Shown here: one piece after another, positions 56,263 to 64,000 of the stretch
How positions within the stretch are numbered: position 1 is the first letter of the stretch
How the letters are laid out: the number at the start of each line of letters is the position of its first letter
Assembly: GCA_009772895.1 (NCBI GenBank)
Contig: WOUP01000007.1
Span: forward strand, 129,798-193,797
Direction of reading: 5' to 3'
Origin: Puniceicoccaceae bacterium 5H
GTDB lineage: Bacteria; Verrucomicrobiota; Verrucomicrobiia; Opitutales; Oceanipulchritudinaceae
DNA: 64,000 nt
The notes under the pieces: model-generated
Told to the model about the DNA's origin: nothing
The model's database searches: none
What the model saw: only the letters and a program-made list of their open reading frames with translations
Program-made: the position numbers and the translations under genes

Positions 56263-58242
56263 ATGAAGGCGGCAAGTATTGCGCAGCGCATCGCGGATTT
56301 TCTGAAAAACTATCCGCCGTTCGAATTCCTCCCCGAAGACGCCCTGGCCGAGCTGGCGTCACAGGGCAGGGTAAAGTTTCACGAAGCCGGAGAGATCGTG
56401 TTCCTGCACGGGCAGCCGCGCGATCGCTACATCTACGTGATCAAGCAGGGCCGCGTGCGCATCGTCGACGAGCAGCACGAAAGCCAGTTGATCGACCTGC
56501 GCGGTGAGGGCGACATGTTGGGGCTGATGGGCCTCAGCGGGGAAACCCACTTTATCCATACGGGCTACAGCGAGGCGGAGACGATCCTCTACGGCTTGCC
56601 GCGCGAAGAATTTGCGCGCCTCTGTGAGCGGTCGGCCCAGGCCCGCCGGTATCTGGCGATCTACTTCACGCTCAACCCCGTGACGCAGACGGGCAATACG
56701 AGCATCATGGAGGCCACGGGCGGCGAAACCCGCATCACCAGCTCCGGTCCGATGGCGACCATTACCCTGCGCAAGGGCGGCCTGTTCGAGGTCGAGCGTT
56801 CGCAGGACCTCGCCCGCGCCACGCTGGTGACGGCTTCCCCCGAGGCGAAGGTGCGGGAGGTCGCGCAGCTGCTGCGCCGCAGCCATACCGAGTGCGTGGT
56901 GCTGGTCGACGACGCCGGCCTGGCGGTGGGGCGGATCAGCGATGCGGACTTGCGCAACCGGCTGGCGGTGGGCAAATGCGATGCCGACGCTCCGGCCCGT
57001 ACCGTGATGCGCAGCCACCTCGTGGCGGCCAGCCCGCGGGATAACACCGGGCGTCTGCTGATCAAGCTGACCCGTTCCGGCGATCCCTACATTGTGGTGA
57101 CGCAAGACGGCACGCTGAAAACGCCCGTGATCGGCCTCATTACCGAGCGCAATCTTTTCCTGCAATACGGGCGGTTCCCGACCGTGCTGGGCCAGGCGAT
57201 CGATACTTCGCCCGACGTGGTGACGCTCCGGGCGATGCGCGACCGCCTGGAGGCCCTCATCATGGAGTTCATGGACGACCGCATGGCGTTCCCGTGGCTG
57301 ATGGAGATGACGGGCGTGCTCAATCGCCGCCTCAATCGCCGCCTGGTGCAGCTCTGTATCGAGCAGCTGCGCTCCGAGGGCCGGGAAAGGCCGCAGGAGC
57401 GTTTTTCGTGGCTGATGATGGGCAGCGGCGGGCGTGACGAGCTGCTGATCCGCTCGGCCGTCTACCATGCGTTGATCTACGAAGACCCCTCGCCCTACCA
57501 CGCGGACGAGGTGCGCAGCTACTTCCGCGAGTTGGCCAAGCGCGTGAGCGACGGCCTGCGCCAGTGCGGTTTCCGCGAAAGCGCCCAAGGGGTGCTGGCC
57601 GATCGCCCGGAGTGGTGCCAGCCGCTCAGCGCAATGAAGGCCCGCTTTGCCGGCATGATCGCACACCCGGTGGAGCAAAACGTCTACAACGCGCGCGACG
57701 CCTTCGATTTTCGCCCGCTGGTGCAAGGATGTCCGCTCGCCGGCAGCCTGCGCATGAGCATGTTGGAGAGCCTGCGCAACAACCCGGGCTTCATCCACCA
57801 CATGGCCAGCGACAGCCTGTTGCACCAGCCGCCGCGCACGATCTTCCAGGGCTATGCGGTGGACGAGCGCGGCACGATCCGCGAAGAGCTGGAGATCAAG
57901 GCGCACGCCCTGCTGCCGCTGGTGGATACCGCGCGCGTGCTGGCCCTCGAGGCCGGCCACGTGGAGAGCAACGCCACCTACCGTCGCTTCCAGATGGCCG
58001 CCGAGATCCTCTTCGAGGGCGATCCGGGAGCCCAGCGCGTGATGAACGAAGCCTCCGAAGCCTTCAAGGTCGCCCACTACGCCCGCGTCACGCGCGGCCT
58101 GGCTGCCGGCACCGACGGCGCGGTCATCCGCCCGGGTGCGCTCGACCGGGAGACGCGCGAGCTGCTGAAGACGGCCTTTCGCACCATTCTCGAAACCTTG
58201 GAACTGACCGCACGCCGCTACGGCCTCAAGCTCAAGTCGTGA
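56263..58242 (+). CDS. cNMP-binding + tandem CBS + DUF294 putative nucleotidyltransferase + DUF294_C protein (NTase Asp residues apparently substituted)
   Basis: cNMP-like FHEAGEIVFLHGQPRDRYIYVIKQGRVRI; CBS-like stretches (VTASPEAKVREVAQLL..., HLVAASPRDN...); NTase-like WLMMGSGGRDELLIRSAVYHALIYED. Start is 56263 (MKAAS) or 56197. Confidence 0.75.
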   Translation: MKAASIAQRIADFLKNYPPFEFLPEDALAELASQGRVKFHEAGEIVFLHGQPRDRYIYVIKQGRVRIVDEQHESQLIDLRGEGDMLGLMGLSGETHFIHTGYSEAETILYGLPREEFARLCERSAQARRYLAIYFTLNPVTQTGNTSIMEATGGETRITSSGPMATITLRKGGLFEVERSQDLARATLVTASPEAKVREVAQLLRRSHTECVVLVDDAGLAVGRISDADLRNRLAVGKCDADAPARTVMRSHLVAASPRDNTGRLLIKLTRSGDPYIVVTQDGTLKTPVIGLITERNLFLQYGRFPTVLGQAIDTSPDVVTLRAMRDRLEALIMEFMDDRMAFPWLMEMTGVLNRRLNRRLVQLCIEQLRSEGRERPQERFSWLMMGSGGRDELLIRSAVYHALIYEDPSPYHADEVRSYFRELAKRVSDGLRQCGFRESAQGVLADRPEWCQPLSAMKARFAGMIAHPVEQNVYNARDAFDFRPLVQGCPLAGSLRMSMLESLRNNPGFIHHMASDSLLHQPPRTIFQGYAVDERGTIREELEIKAHALLPLVDTARVLALEAGHVESNATYRRFQMAAEILFEGDPGAQRVMNEASEAFKVAHYARVTRGLAAGTDGAVIRPGALDRETRELLKTAFRTILETLELTARRYGLKLKS

Positions 58243-58907
58243 TGGATTTCGCCCCGCTCATTCAAGCCTACCGCGCGCGTTTCGACTGGACCTGGGATCG
58301 CAACCTGGGCTGGGAAAACGTGCGCTTTGTGGTGCTCGATTCCGAATCGACTGGCCTCAATGCGGAGCGCGACAGCATCATCTCTATCGGCGCTGTGGGC
58401 GTCTTCGACTTCGAGATCCGGCTGGACGATGCCTTCGAGATCATCATGCCGGTGGCTTACAACAGCGCCTCGGTCATGATCCATGGCATCACGCGCGAGG
58501 AAGCGGCCGAAGAAGGCACGCCGGAGCCGGAGGCGCTGGCCCAGTTCCTCGAATACCTCGGCGACGGCGTGATCGTGGGCCACCACATCGAGCACGACAT
58601 CAAGATGCTCAACGTGGCCTGCCGTCGCCACTTCGATCAGGAGCTGCAAAACCTGTGGGTCGATACGATGAACCTGACCCTCGTGCTGGCCGAGCACGGC
58701 GCCTTCCCTGAGGAGGAGGGCTTCACCGACTTTTCGCTCGACGGCCTGTGCCGCCGCTTCGGCCTGAAGGCCCACGACCGCCACACCGCGCCGGGCGACG
58801 CCTTCCTCACGGCCCAGATTTTCCTGCGCCTGCTCAAGACGGCCAAGCGCCAACGCCTCCTGCGCCTCGGTCAGCTCATGGCCGCCCCGACGCCGCCGGA
58901 GCAGTAG
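58242..58907 (+). CDS. DEDDh 3'-5' exonuclease (DnaQ/epsilon-like domain)
   Basis: ExoI VVLDSESTGL, ExoII VGHHIEHDIKML, ExoIII HTAPGDAFLTAQIF. Its ATG overlaps the stop of the upstream gene (TGATG). Confidence 0.8.
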   Translation: MDFAPLIQAYRARFDWTWDRNLGWENVRFVVLDSESTGLNAERDSIISIGAVGVFDFEIRLDDAFEIIMPVAYNSASVMIHGITREEAAEEGTPEPEALAQFLEYLGDGVIVGHHIEHDIKMLNVACRRHFDQELQNLWVDTMNLTLVLAEHGAFPEEEGFTDFSLDGLCRRFGLKAHDRHTAPGDAFLTAQIFLRLLKTAKRQRLLRLGQLMAAPTPPEQ

Positions 58908-58916
58908 CCCGCATTT

Positions 58917-59261
58917 ATGGAGGAGGCTTCCAAGCTGCTTTTCGTCTGCGCGCAGAACAAGATCCGCAGCCTTACGGCGGAGAAGCTGTTCGCGGGCTCG
59001 CAACGCTACCAGGTGCGCTCGCGCGGGGTGGCGAAGGGCGCGCGCATCAAGCTGACGGCGGGCGATCTGGGCTGGGCGGACCGGGTCTTTGTGATGGAAA
59101 AGGAGCACCAGAACCGCATCCGTCGCGACTTCCGCGGCGCCCTGGAGGGCAAGGAGATCGTCTGCCTCTTTATCGAAGACATTTACGAGCCGATGGAGCC
59201 GGCGTTGATCGAAGTCCTGCGCCAGAAGCTGGCGCCCTACGTCGCACTGCCGGCCCGCTAA
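58917..59261 (+). CDS. Low-molecular-weight phosphotyrosine phosphatase-like protein (CX5R motif, COG4551-like)
   Basis: LLFVCAQNKIRSLTAE (C-x5-R-S P-loop), 114 aa, 9 nt downstream of the exonuclease gene. Confidence 0.6.
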   Translation: MEEASKLLFVCAQNKIRSLTAEKLFAGSQRYQVRSRGVAKGARIKLTAGDLGWADRVFVMEKEHQNRIRRDFRGALEGKEIVCLFIEDIYEPMEPALIEVLRQKLAPYVALPAR

Positions 59262-59330
59262 CCGGGTGCGATAAAAAGCCCCGGCTCGGGAGGCGAACCG
59301 GGGCGAAAGGCAAGGGGCGGACAACGCTCC

Positions 59331-62219
59331 CTACTCGGCGTCTGCTTCGGCAGGGGTTTCGGAACCTTCGAGCGGGATGGGCTCGATGATCATGCGCAGG
59401 GCGCGATCGGGATCGAGGTATTGCTCGGCCAGCGGCAGCACTTCATCGACTTTCATGCTCGGGTAGTCCTCGAAGAGCGTGCGCGACCACTCGAGCTGCT
59501 CCGGGTGCGAATCGGCGCCCAGCAGCACGCGCGCGAGCCAGTAGGGGTTGTTGCGCTGCTGTTGCTCCAGGGCCTTGAGGCGCGGCAGCAGCAAGCGCTG
59601 GAACTCGTCGTCGGTAAAGCCTTCGTGCGCCAGGTTGTCGCCGATCTCGACCAGCAGGTCCGCGATCTTTTCGGCGTGGTCGGGCGCGCAATCGACCACC
59701 GCGCGCAGGTAGCCGTGGTCGACATACACCTCGCTGGAGAGGTTATAGGCATAGGGGCTGTAAGCCTGGCCCGTGGCCTCGCGGATCTTGACCCGCATGC
59801 GGTCGTCGAAGATCTCGGCCAGCATGCTGAGACGGCGCACGAGGAAGATGTCGCTCATGTCGACCGTCGGCCACGCCACGATGACGCGGGCCTTGGGCAG
59901 CTGACTGGTGAACTCGAACAGCTCGCTCTGCGGCGGTTCGGGCTCGTCCAGCTGGCGGGCCTCAGGCATCTCGGGCAGCTTGGTCTGGCGCTTGGGCAGC
60001 GCACCGAAGGTCTTCGCGATGGCGTCGATCACCTGTTGCTCGTCGAAGTCGCCCACCACGGCCAGTTCGAGCTTGCTCTGGCTCAAGGCCGGGCCGAGCC
60101 ACTGCTTCACCTCGTCGATCGAGCGGCTTTCGACCGTCTCCATCGGGGGAATGCCGAAACGGAAGTCGCCGCCCGCGAGGAACGACTGGACCTTCTGCGC
60201 GGTCACGCCGTCGGCGGAGTGCAGCACCGGCTGGTAGATCTGCGGCAGGCTCTGGCGGAAGCGGCGGGCCGCCTCATCACGATAGCCGGGGTGGGTGAGG
60301 TAGGCGGCCATCAGGTCGAGCTGCAACTGCAGGTCTTCCATCGTGGTCACGCCGTCGAGGGTGAAGCCGTCTTCGCCCACGCCAAAGCTGGTGCCCACGT
60401 TGTGGCCTGCCAGCAGGCGCTCGAGGTCGTCCGCGCTGTGAGCTTCGAGGCCGCCCTGGATAAAGGTCGCCTCGGCAAACATGTTGAGGCCCTCCCACTC
60501 GGGTTTGAGCGACAGCATGCCGCGACCGAATTTGGCGCCGATACGGACCTTGTTTTGCTCAAAGTCGGTCTGCTTGAGGTAGAGCACCACATTGTTGTCA
60601 AAGACCACGCGCGTGGCGTCGAGACCCTCGACCGGCTCCTGGGTCACGATCTTGCCCGGCTGGCCCCACTCGGTGTAGGCAAACTCGCCAAGGTCCTCGT
60701 CCTGATAGGGCTCCACCTGCTGGTCGCGACTGTCGCGGTAGAGCGTGCGCAAATCGAGCGCAGCCTGGTCGTCGGCCTCCTGGGTCTCGAGGCGCACCAG
60801 ACGGTCGTCGTTGGCCCAGACGGAGCGCCAGGCCTTCAGCACGGCGTCTGGCGTCAGGCGTTCCTTGTCCGCTTCAAACTGGTTGAGCTCCTGGGCCGGG
60901 TCGCGGAAGACCTTGCCGGCGCTGATCGTCGCCGTCAGCTCGTTGGCCAGTGCGCGCGACTGGCGCGAAGCCGCTTGCGCGACCGCCGTTTCGAGGCCGT
61001 TCTGGTAGTTGGCGATAAAGGTCTGCAGCTCGGACGCGGTAAAGCCGTGCTCCAGCGTGCGCCGCAGCTCCTGGTCGATCACGGGCAGGGCGTCGCGCCA
61101 CTTGTCCGGCGAGGTGCGGGCGTAGATGCCGGCAAACTCCACAAAATGCAGCATGGTGTAGCCGTAGCTGTGCGCGCTGGTAAAGGGCGCGTCTTCCTGC
61201 TTGGCGATCTTCTCCAGCCGGCGGTCGAGCATCACGTTGGCGGCGTCGATCGCCAGCTGGTGAAAGCGCGCGTCCTCGCTGTCCGTATCGTAGACGGGGC
61301 GGCGGGCGGTAGAGATTGAGACCTCGGTGGCCGTCAGCTCGGGATCGGTGTAGACGCTGTAGCCTTCGCCGCGCGGCAGGATCTCGCCCATATCGGGGTC
61401 CGGCAAAGTCTGCGTGGGCTTTTGCATGGAGCCGAAGTGGTCCGCCAGGGCCTTTTCGAGACGTTGGGGATCCACATCGCCCACGGCCACGACGACCATG
61501 CGGTCGAGCGTGTACCACTGGTTGTAAAAGGCGTGCATGTCCTCCGCCGTCACCGCACCGACTTCCTGCTGCGTGCCGATGGGCATGCGGTCGGGGATGA
61601 GCGAGAAGGGCAGGGAAAACTGAAAACCGTCGATGGCGGCGCGGTAGTCGGCGTTGTCGCGGTCGCGCATCTCGCTGAGGATCACGCCGCGCTCGCGGTC
61701 GATCTCGTCCTGCAGCAGCAAGAGACCGTCGGCGTAGTCGCGCAAGGCCATCAGCGCGGTGTCGAGCGTCTTGTCGTTCAGGTCGGGCAGCTCAAACTTG
61801 TAGACGGTCTCGTCGAAGGTCGTGTGCGCGTTGGTATCGGCGCCAAAGCCCATGCCCAGCCGCTGGAAGATCTCGACCAGCTTGCCTGGCTCGATGTGCT
61901 CGGAGCCGTTAAAGGCCATGTGTTCGAGAAAGTGGGCGATGCCCTGTTGCGCATCCGTCTCCATCAGGCTGCCGGACTCGACCAGCAGGCGCAGGCTCAT
62001 CCGGCCCGGCGGCTCCTGGTGCGGCAAGATCGCGTAGCGCAGCCCGTTGTCGAGCTGGCCGAAGACCACGTCCGGCGCGGGCTCGAGGTCACTGGCCTCC
62101 TGGGGCCAGGTCGCCGCGTCAGACTTGTAGATGGATTGAGGGGCGCCTTGGAGCGTGGCTACGGCCAGCAAGGCCGCCCACAGGCGCAACAGGTTTTGGA
62201 GAACAACCGATCGACGCAT
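59331..62219 (-). CDS. Secreted M16-family zinc peptidase (double unit)
   Basis: Signal peptide MRRSVVLQNLLRLWAALLAVATLQGA, HxxEH motif IAHFLEHMAFNGS, 962 aa. Confidence 0.85.
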   Translation of the reverse strand: MRRSVVLQNLLRLWAALLAVATLQGAPQSIYKSDAATWPQEASDLEPAPDVVFGQLDNGLRYAILPHQEPPGRMSLRLLVESGSLMETDAQQGIAHFLEHMAFNGSEHIEPGKLVEIFQRLGMGFGADTNAHTTFDETVYKFELPDLNDKTLDTALMALRDYADGLLLLQDEIDRERGVILSEMRDRDNADYRAAIDGFQFSLPFSLIPDRMPIGTQQEVGAVTAEDMHAFYNQWYTLDRMVVVAVGDVDPQRLEKALADHFGSMQKPTQTLPDPDMGEILPRGEGYSVYTDPELTATEVSISTARRPVYDTDSEDARFHQLAIDAANVMLDRRLEKIAKQEDAPFTSAHSYGYTMLHFVEFAGIYARTSPDKWRDALPVIDQELRRTLEHGFTASELQTFIANYQNGLETAVAQAASRQSRALANELTATISAGKVFRDPAQELNQFEADKERLTPDAVLKAWRSVWANDDRLVRLETQEADDQAALDLRTLYRDSRDQQVEPYQDEDLGEFAYTEWGQPGKIVTQEPVEGLDATRVVFDNNVVLYLKQTDFEQNKVRIGAKFGRGMLSLKPEWEGLNMFAEATFIQGGLEAHSADDLERLLAGHNVGTSFGVGEDGFTLDGVTTMEDLQLQLDLMAAYLTHPGYRDEAARRFRQSLPQIYQPVLHSADGVTAQKVQSFLAGGDFRFGIPPMETVESRSIDEVKQWLGPALSQSKLELAVVGDFDEQQVIDAIAKTFGALPKRQTKLPEMPEARQLDEPEPPQSELFEFTSQLPKARVIVAWPTVDMSDIFLVRRLSMLAEIFDDRMRVKIREATGQAYSPYAYNLSSEVYVDHGYLRAVVDCAPDHAEKIADLLVEIGDNLAHEGFTDDEFQRLLLPRLKALEQQQRNNPYWLARVLLGADSHPEQLEWSRTLFEDYPSMKVDEVLPLAEQYLDPDRALRMIIEPIPLEGSETPAEADAE

Positions 62220-62391
62220 AACTGATGAAAACCCCAGTATATGGCTGTGGTCTCAACCTGCGAGCCCGCGGACGGATTTTCTGCTGGCCACAACGCACCG
62301 GGCCGGGGCGCGGCGGGGCACAATCTCACGTTTTTTTCACCGGGGGTGGGGTGGTTTCGGCTTGTGCGTTTTGAGTCGGGGGCTTGTGGTA

Positions 62392-63825
62392 ATGGGCATG
62401 CTGATCTGGGCCTACCGGATCCTCTTCCTCCCCTTGTTGATGCTCGTTCTGCCCTATTACCTGTGGCGGATGGGCCGTCGTGGCGGCTACGCGCGCGACT
62501 TTCGGCATCGGCTCGGGCTGGTGCCGCGTCAGCCGGACAAGATGGTCGGTAGCAAACGCATCTGGCTGCACGCGGTGAGCGTAGGCGAGCTGCTGGCGAT
62601 CGACCCGCTACTGCGCGAGCTGAGCATCGACCCGGACCTGGAGGTGATCCTGACCACGACCACCAGCACGGGCTACAAGCTGGCCCGGCAGCGCTACGGG
62701 CGTCAGGTAGAGCTGGCCGCGCTGTTTCCGGTCGACTTTTATCCCAGCCGCAAGCTGGCCTGGGAGCGCTGGCAGCCGGACCTCGTGATCCTGATGGAGG
62801 GCGAGATCTGGCCCGAGCACCTGGCGCAGGCCCGGGAGCGCAATGTGCCGGTGTTGCTGATGAATGCGCGCCTGTCGGACCGCTCCTTCCGCCGCTACCA
62901 GAAGCTGCGCGCGCTGGCCCAGCCGCTGTTTTTCGAGGGGCTGACGCGGATCCTCGCTTCGAGCCAGCAGGACACGGAGCGCTTCCGCCAATTGCTCGGC
63001 GATAGCTCGCAGGTGGATTATGCGGGCAACCTGAAGTGCGACGTAGAGCTGAAGCCGGTGCTGAACGAGATGCAGCGGCGCCTGTGGTTGCGCGAGATGG
63101 GCTTCATCGGCTCGACCGACGTCTCCAGCGCGCGCGAGCGGGCCACCGCCTGGGATCAGCCGATGTCGGACCCCGACGAGAAGCCCCCGCTGCCGCTGAT
63201 CCTGCTGGGCGCCTCGACCTGGCCGGGGGAAGAGGCCATGCTGATCCGCATCACCCAAAAGGCGCTCCACCGCGGGCTGCCGGTGCGGCTGCTGTTGGTG
63301 CCGCGTCACGCCGAGCGCGCCAGCGACATCGTCGAAGAGCTGCGCGCTTCGGGCCTCAGTTTTCATCAACGCTCCAAGGGCCATCAGGCGCCCGAGCAGG
63401 TGCAGGCCTATCTGGCGGATACCACCGGTGAGCTGCGCCAGCTGGTGCAATTGGCCGACGTGGCCCTCATCGGCAAGTCGATGGCACCGCACACGCAGGG
63501 GCAGACGCCGATCGAGGCCGCCGGATTTGGCCGTGCGCTGGTATTCGGGCCTGGAATGAGTAATTTTCGCGAAATCGCCAATTCGCTCGTGCACGCCCAC
63601 GCCGCCCGGCAGGTCCAGGACGAGTCCGAGCTGCAGGCCACCGTCATGGAGTTGTTGCAACAGCCGGAAGCTCGTGCTGAACTGGGTGCGGCCGCACGGC
63701 AGTGGTTTGAGGAACAGGAAGGTGCGACCCGGCGGACGCTCGACGCTATCCGGGAGCTGCTGGGCCTGATCCCGCCGCGCACGGACAAGCCCACTCCAAC
63801 TTCCACGACCCATTCAGAGGCCTGA
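62392..63825 (+). CDS. waaA: 3-deoxy-D-manno-octulosonic acid (Kdo) transferase WaaA
   Basis: N-terminal anchor LIWAYRILFLPLL, RIWLHAVSVGE signature, LLLVPRHAERA, C-terminal GT-B half. Start at ATG 62392; the track start 62155 overlaps the M16 gene. Confidence 0.85.
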   Translation: MGMLIWAYRILFLPLLMLVLPYYLWRMGRRGGYARDFRHRLGLVPRQPDKMVGSKRIWLHAVSVGELLAIDPLLRELSIDPDLEVILTTTTSTGYKLARQRYGRQVELAALFPVDFYPSRKLAWERWQPDLVILMEGEIWPEHLAQARERNVPVLLMNARLSDRSFRRYQKLRALAQPLFFEGLTRILASSQQDTERFRQLLGDSSQVDYAGNLKCDVELKPVLNEMQRRLWLREMGFIGSTDVSSARERATAWDQPMSDPDEKPPLPLILLGASTWPGEEAMLIRITQKALHRGLPVRLLLVPRHAERASDIVEELRASGLSFHQRSKGHQAPEQVQAYLADTTGELRQLVQLADVALIGKSMAPHTQGQTPIEAAGFGRALVFGPGMSNFREIANSLVHAHAARQVQDESELQATVMELLQQPEARAELGAAARQWFEEQEGATRRTLDAIRELLGLIPPRTDKPTPTSTTHSEA

Positions 63826-63886
63826 ACATAGACTGGACGATCCGACGCAGGCGCCGACTTATCGGCCCCGCCGGCCAGACCGCCGT

Positions 63887-64000
63887 CTGTTCTTCGCCAT
63901 CGACCTGCCGGACTATCTGCGGGAGGTGCTCGGACGCCTGCGGGTCGAGCAGAAGAACTGGCAGTGGGTGCGCCCGGAAAACCTGCACCTGACCCTCAAG
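63887..64000 (+). CDS. RNA 2',3'-cyclic phosphodiesterase (ThpR/LigT-like), 5' part, runs off the window
   Basis: LFFAIDLPDYLREVLGRLRVEQKNWQWVRPENLHLTLK resembles the LigT N-terminus including the first H-x-T motif (HLTL). No ATG/GTG/TTG in frame between the upstream stop (63767-63769) and this segment, so the start is unresolved. Confidence 0.45.
   Translation, partial: MFFAIDLPDYLREVLGRLRVEQKNWQWVRPENLHLTLK

Noticed and set aside
56359-63813. Long alternative ORFs 56359-58077 (minus), 59421-61319 (plus), 61422-62225 (plus) and 62608-63813 (minus)
   Set aside because: They are antisense to the DUF294-type, M16 and WaaA frames, which have family motifs. They show typical high-GC shadow composition.

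Overview
High-GC bacterial chromosomal segment. GC content is judged by eye only (roughly mid-60s %); nothing here was computed. I call about 55 protein genes and one tRNA-Ala(CGC). There is no rRNA, no CRISPR array, and no integrase or transposase. A Minf_1886-family gene, the PVC-style GC-rich hairpin repeats and the overall gene content suggest a Verrucomicrobiota (Opitutae-like) genome. That taxonomic call is inference only.

Most of the window is ordinary core metabolism and housekeeping:
- purH, hpt, truA, clpB, ahpD-ahpC and waaA
- two M16 peptidases, one M48 peptidase and one M20 peptidase
- an Old Yellow Enzyme reductase and an FMN reductase
- NhaC, CDF and MFS transporters
- a MoxR-DUF58-transglutaminase operon
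- two histidine kinases

Observations worth a second look:
1. A solitary KAP-family P-loop NTPase sits on a visibly AT-rich islet of about 1.6 kb (16.85-18.44 kb). It abuts a 540-bp block of stacked hairpin repeats.
2. An ammonium transporter is fused to a HAMP-like linker and a methyl-accepting chemotaxis signalling domain (41.6-43.8 kb), with no glnK next to it.
3. A fusion of a ribbon-helix-helix domain and an Mrr-cat-like PD-(D/E)xK domain is transcribed divergently from an HTH gene. That HTH gene is translationally coupled to a MoxR / SSAT-like GNAT / DUF58 / transglutaminase operon.
4. A protein with cNMP-binding, CBS and DUF294 'nucleotidyltransferase' domains appears to have lost its catalytic Asp residues. 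It is coupled to an intact DEDDh exonuclease and a CX5R phosphatase-like gene.
5. Two proteins look like Cys-depleted versions of Cys-rich modules: a response regulator C-terminus and an FmdB-like protein.

Many very long ORFs in the supplied track are antisense or out-of-frame shadows typical of high-GC DNA, and I rejected them. All family assignments rest on motifs read by eye and on my recollection of family consensus sequences. No database search was run.
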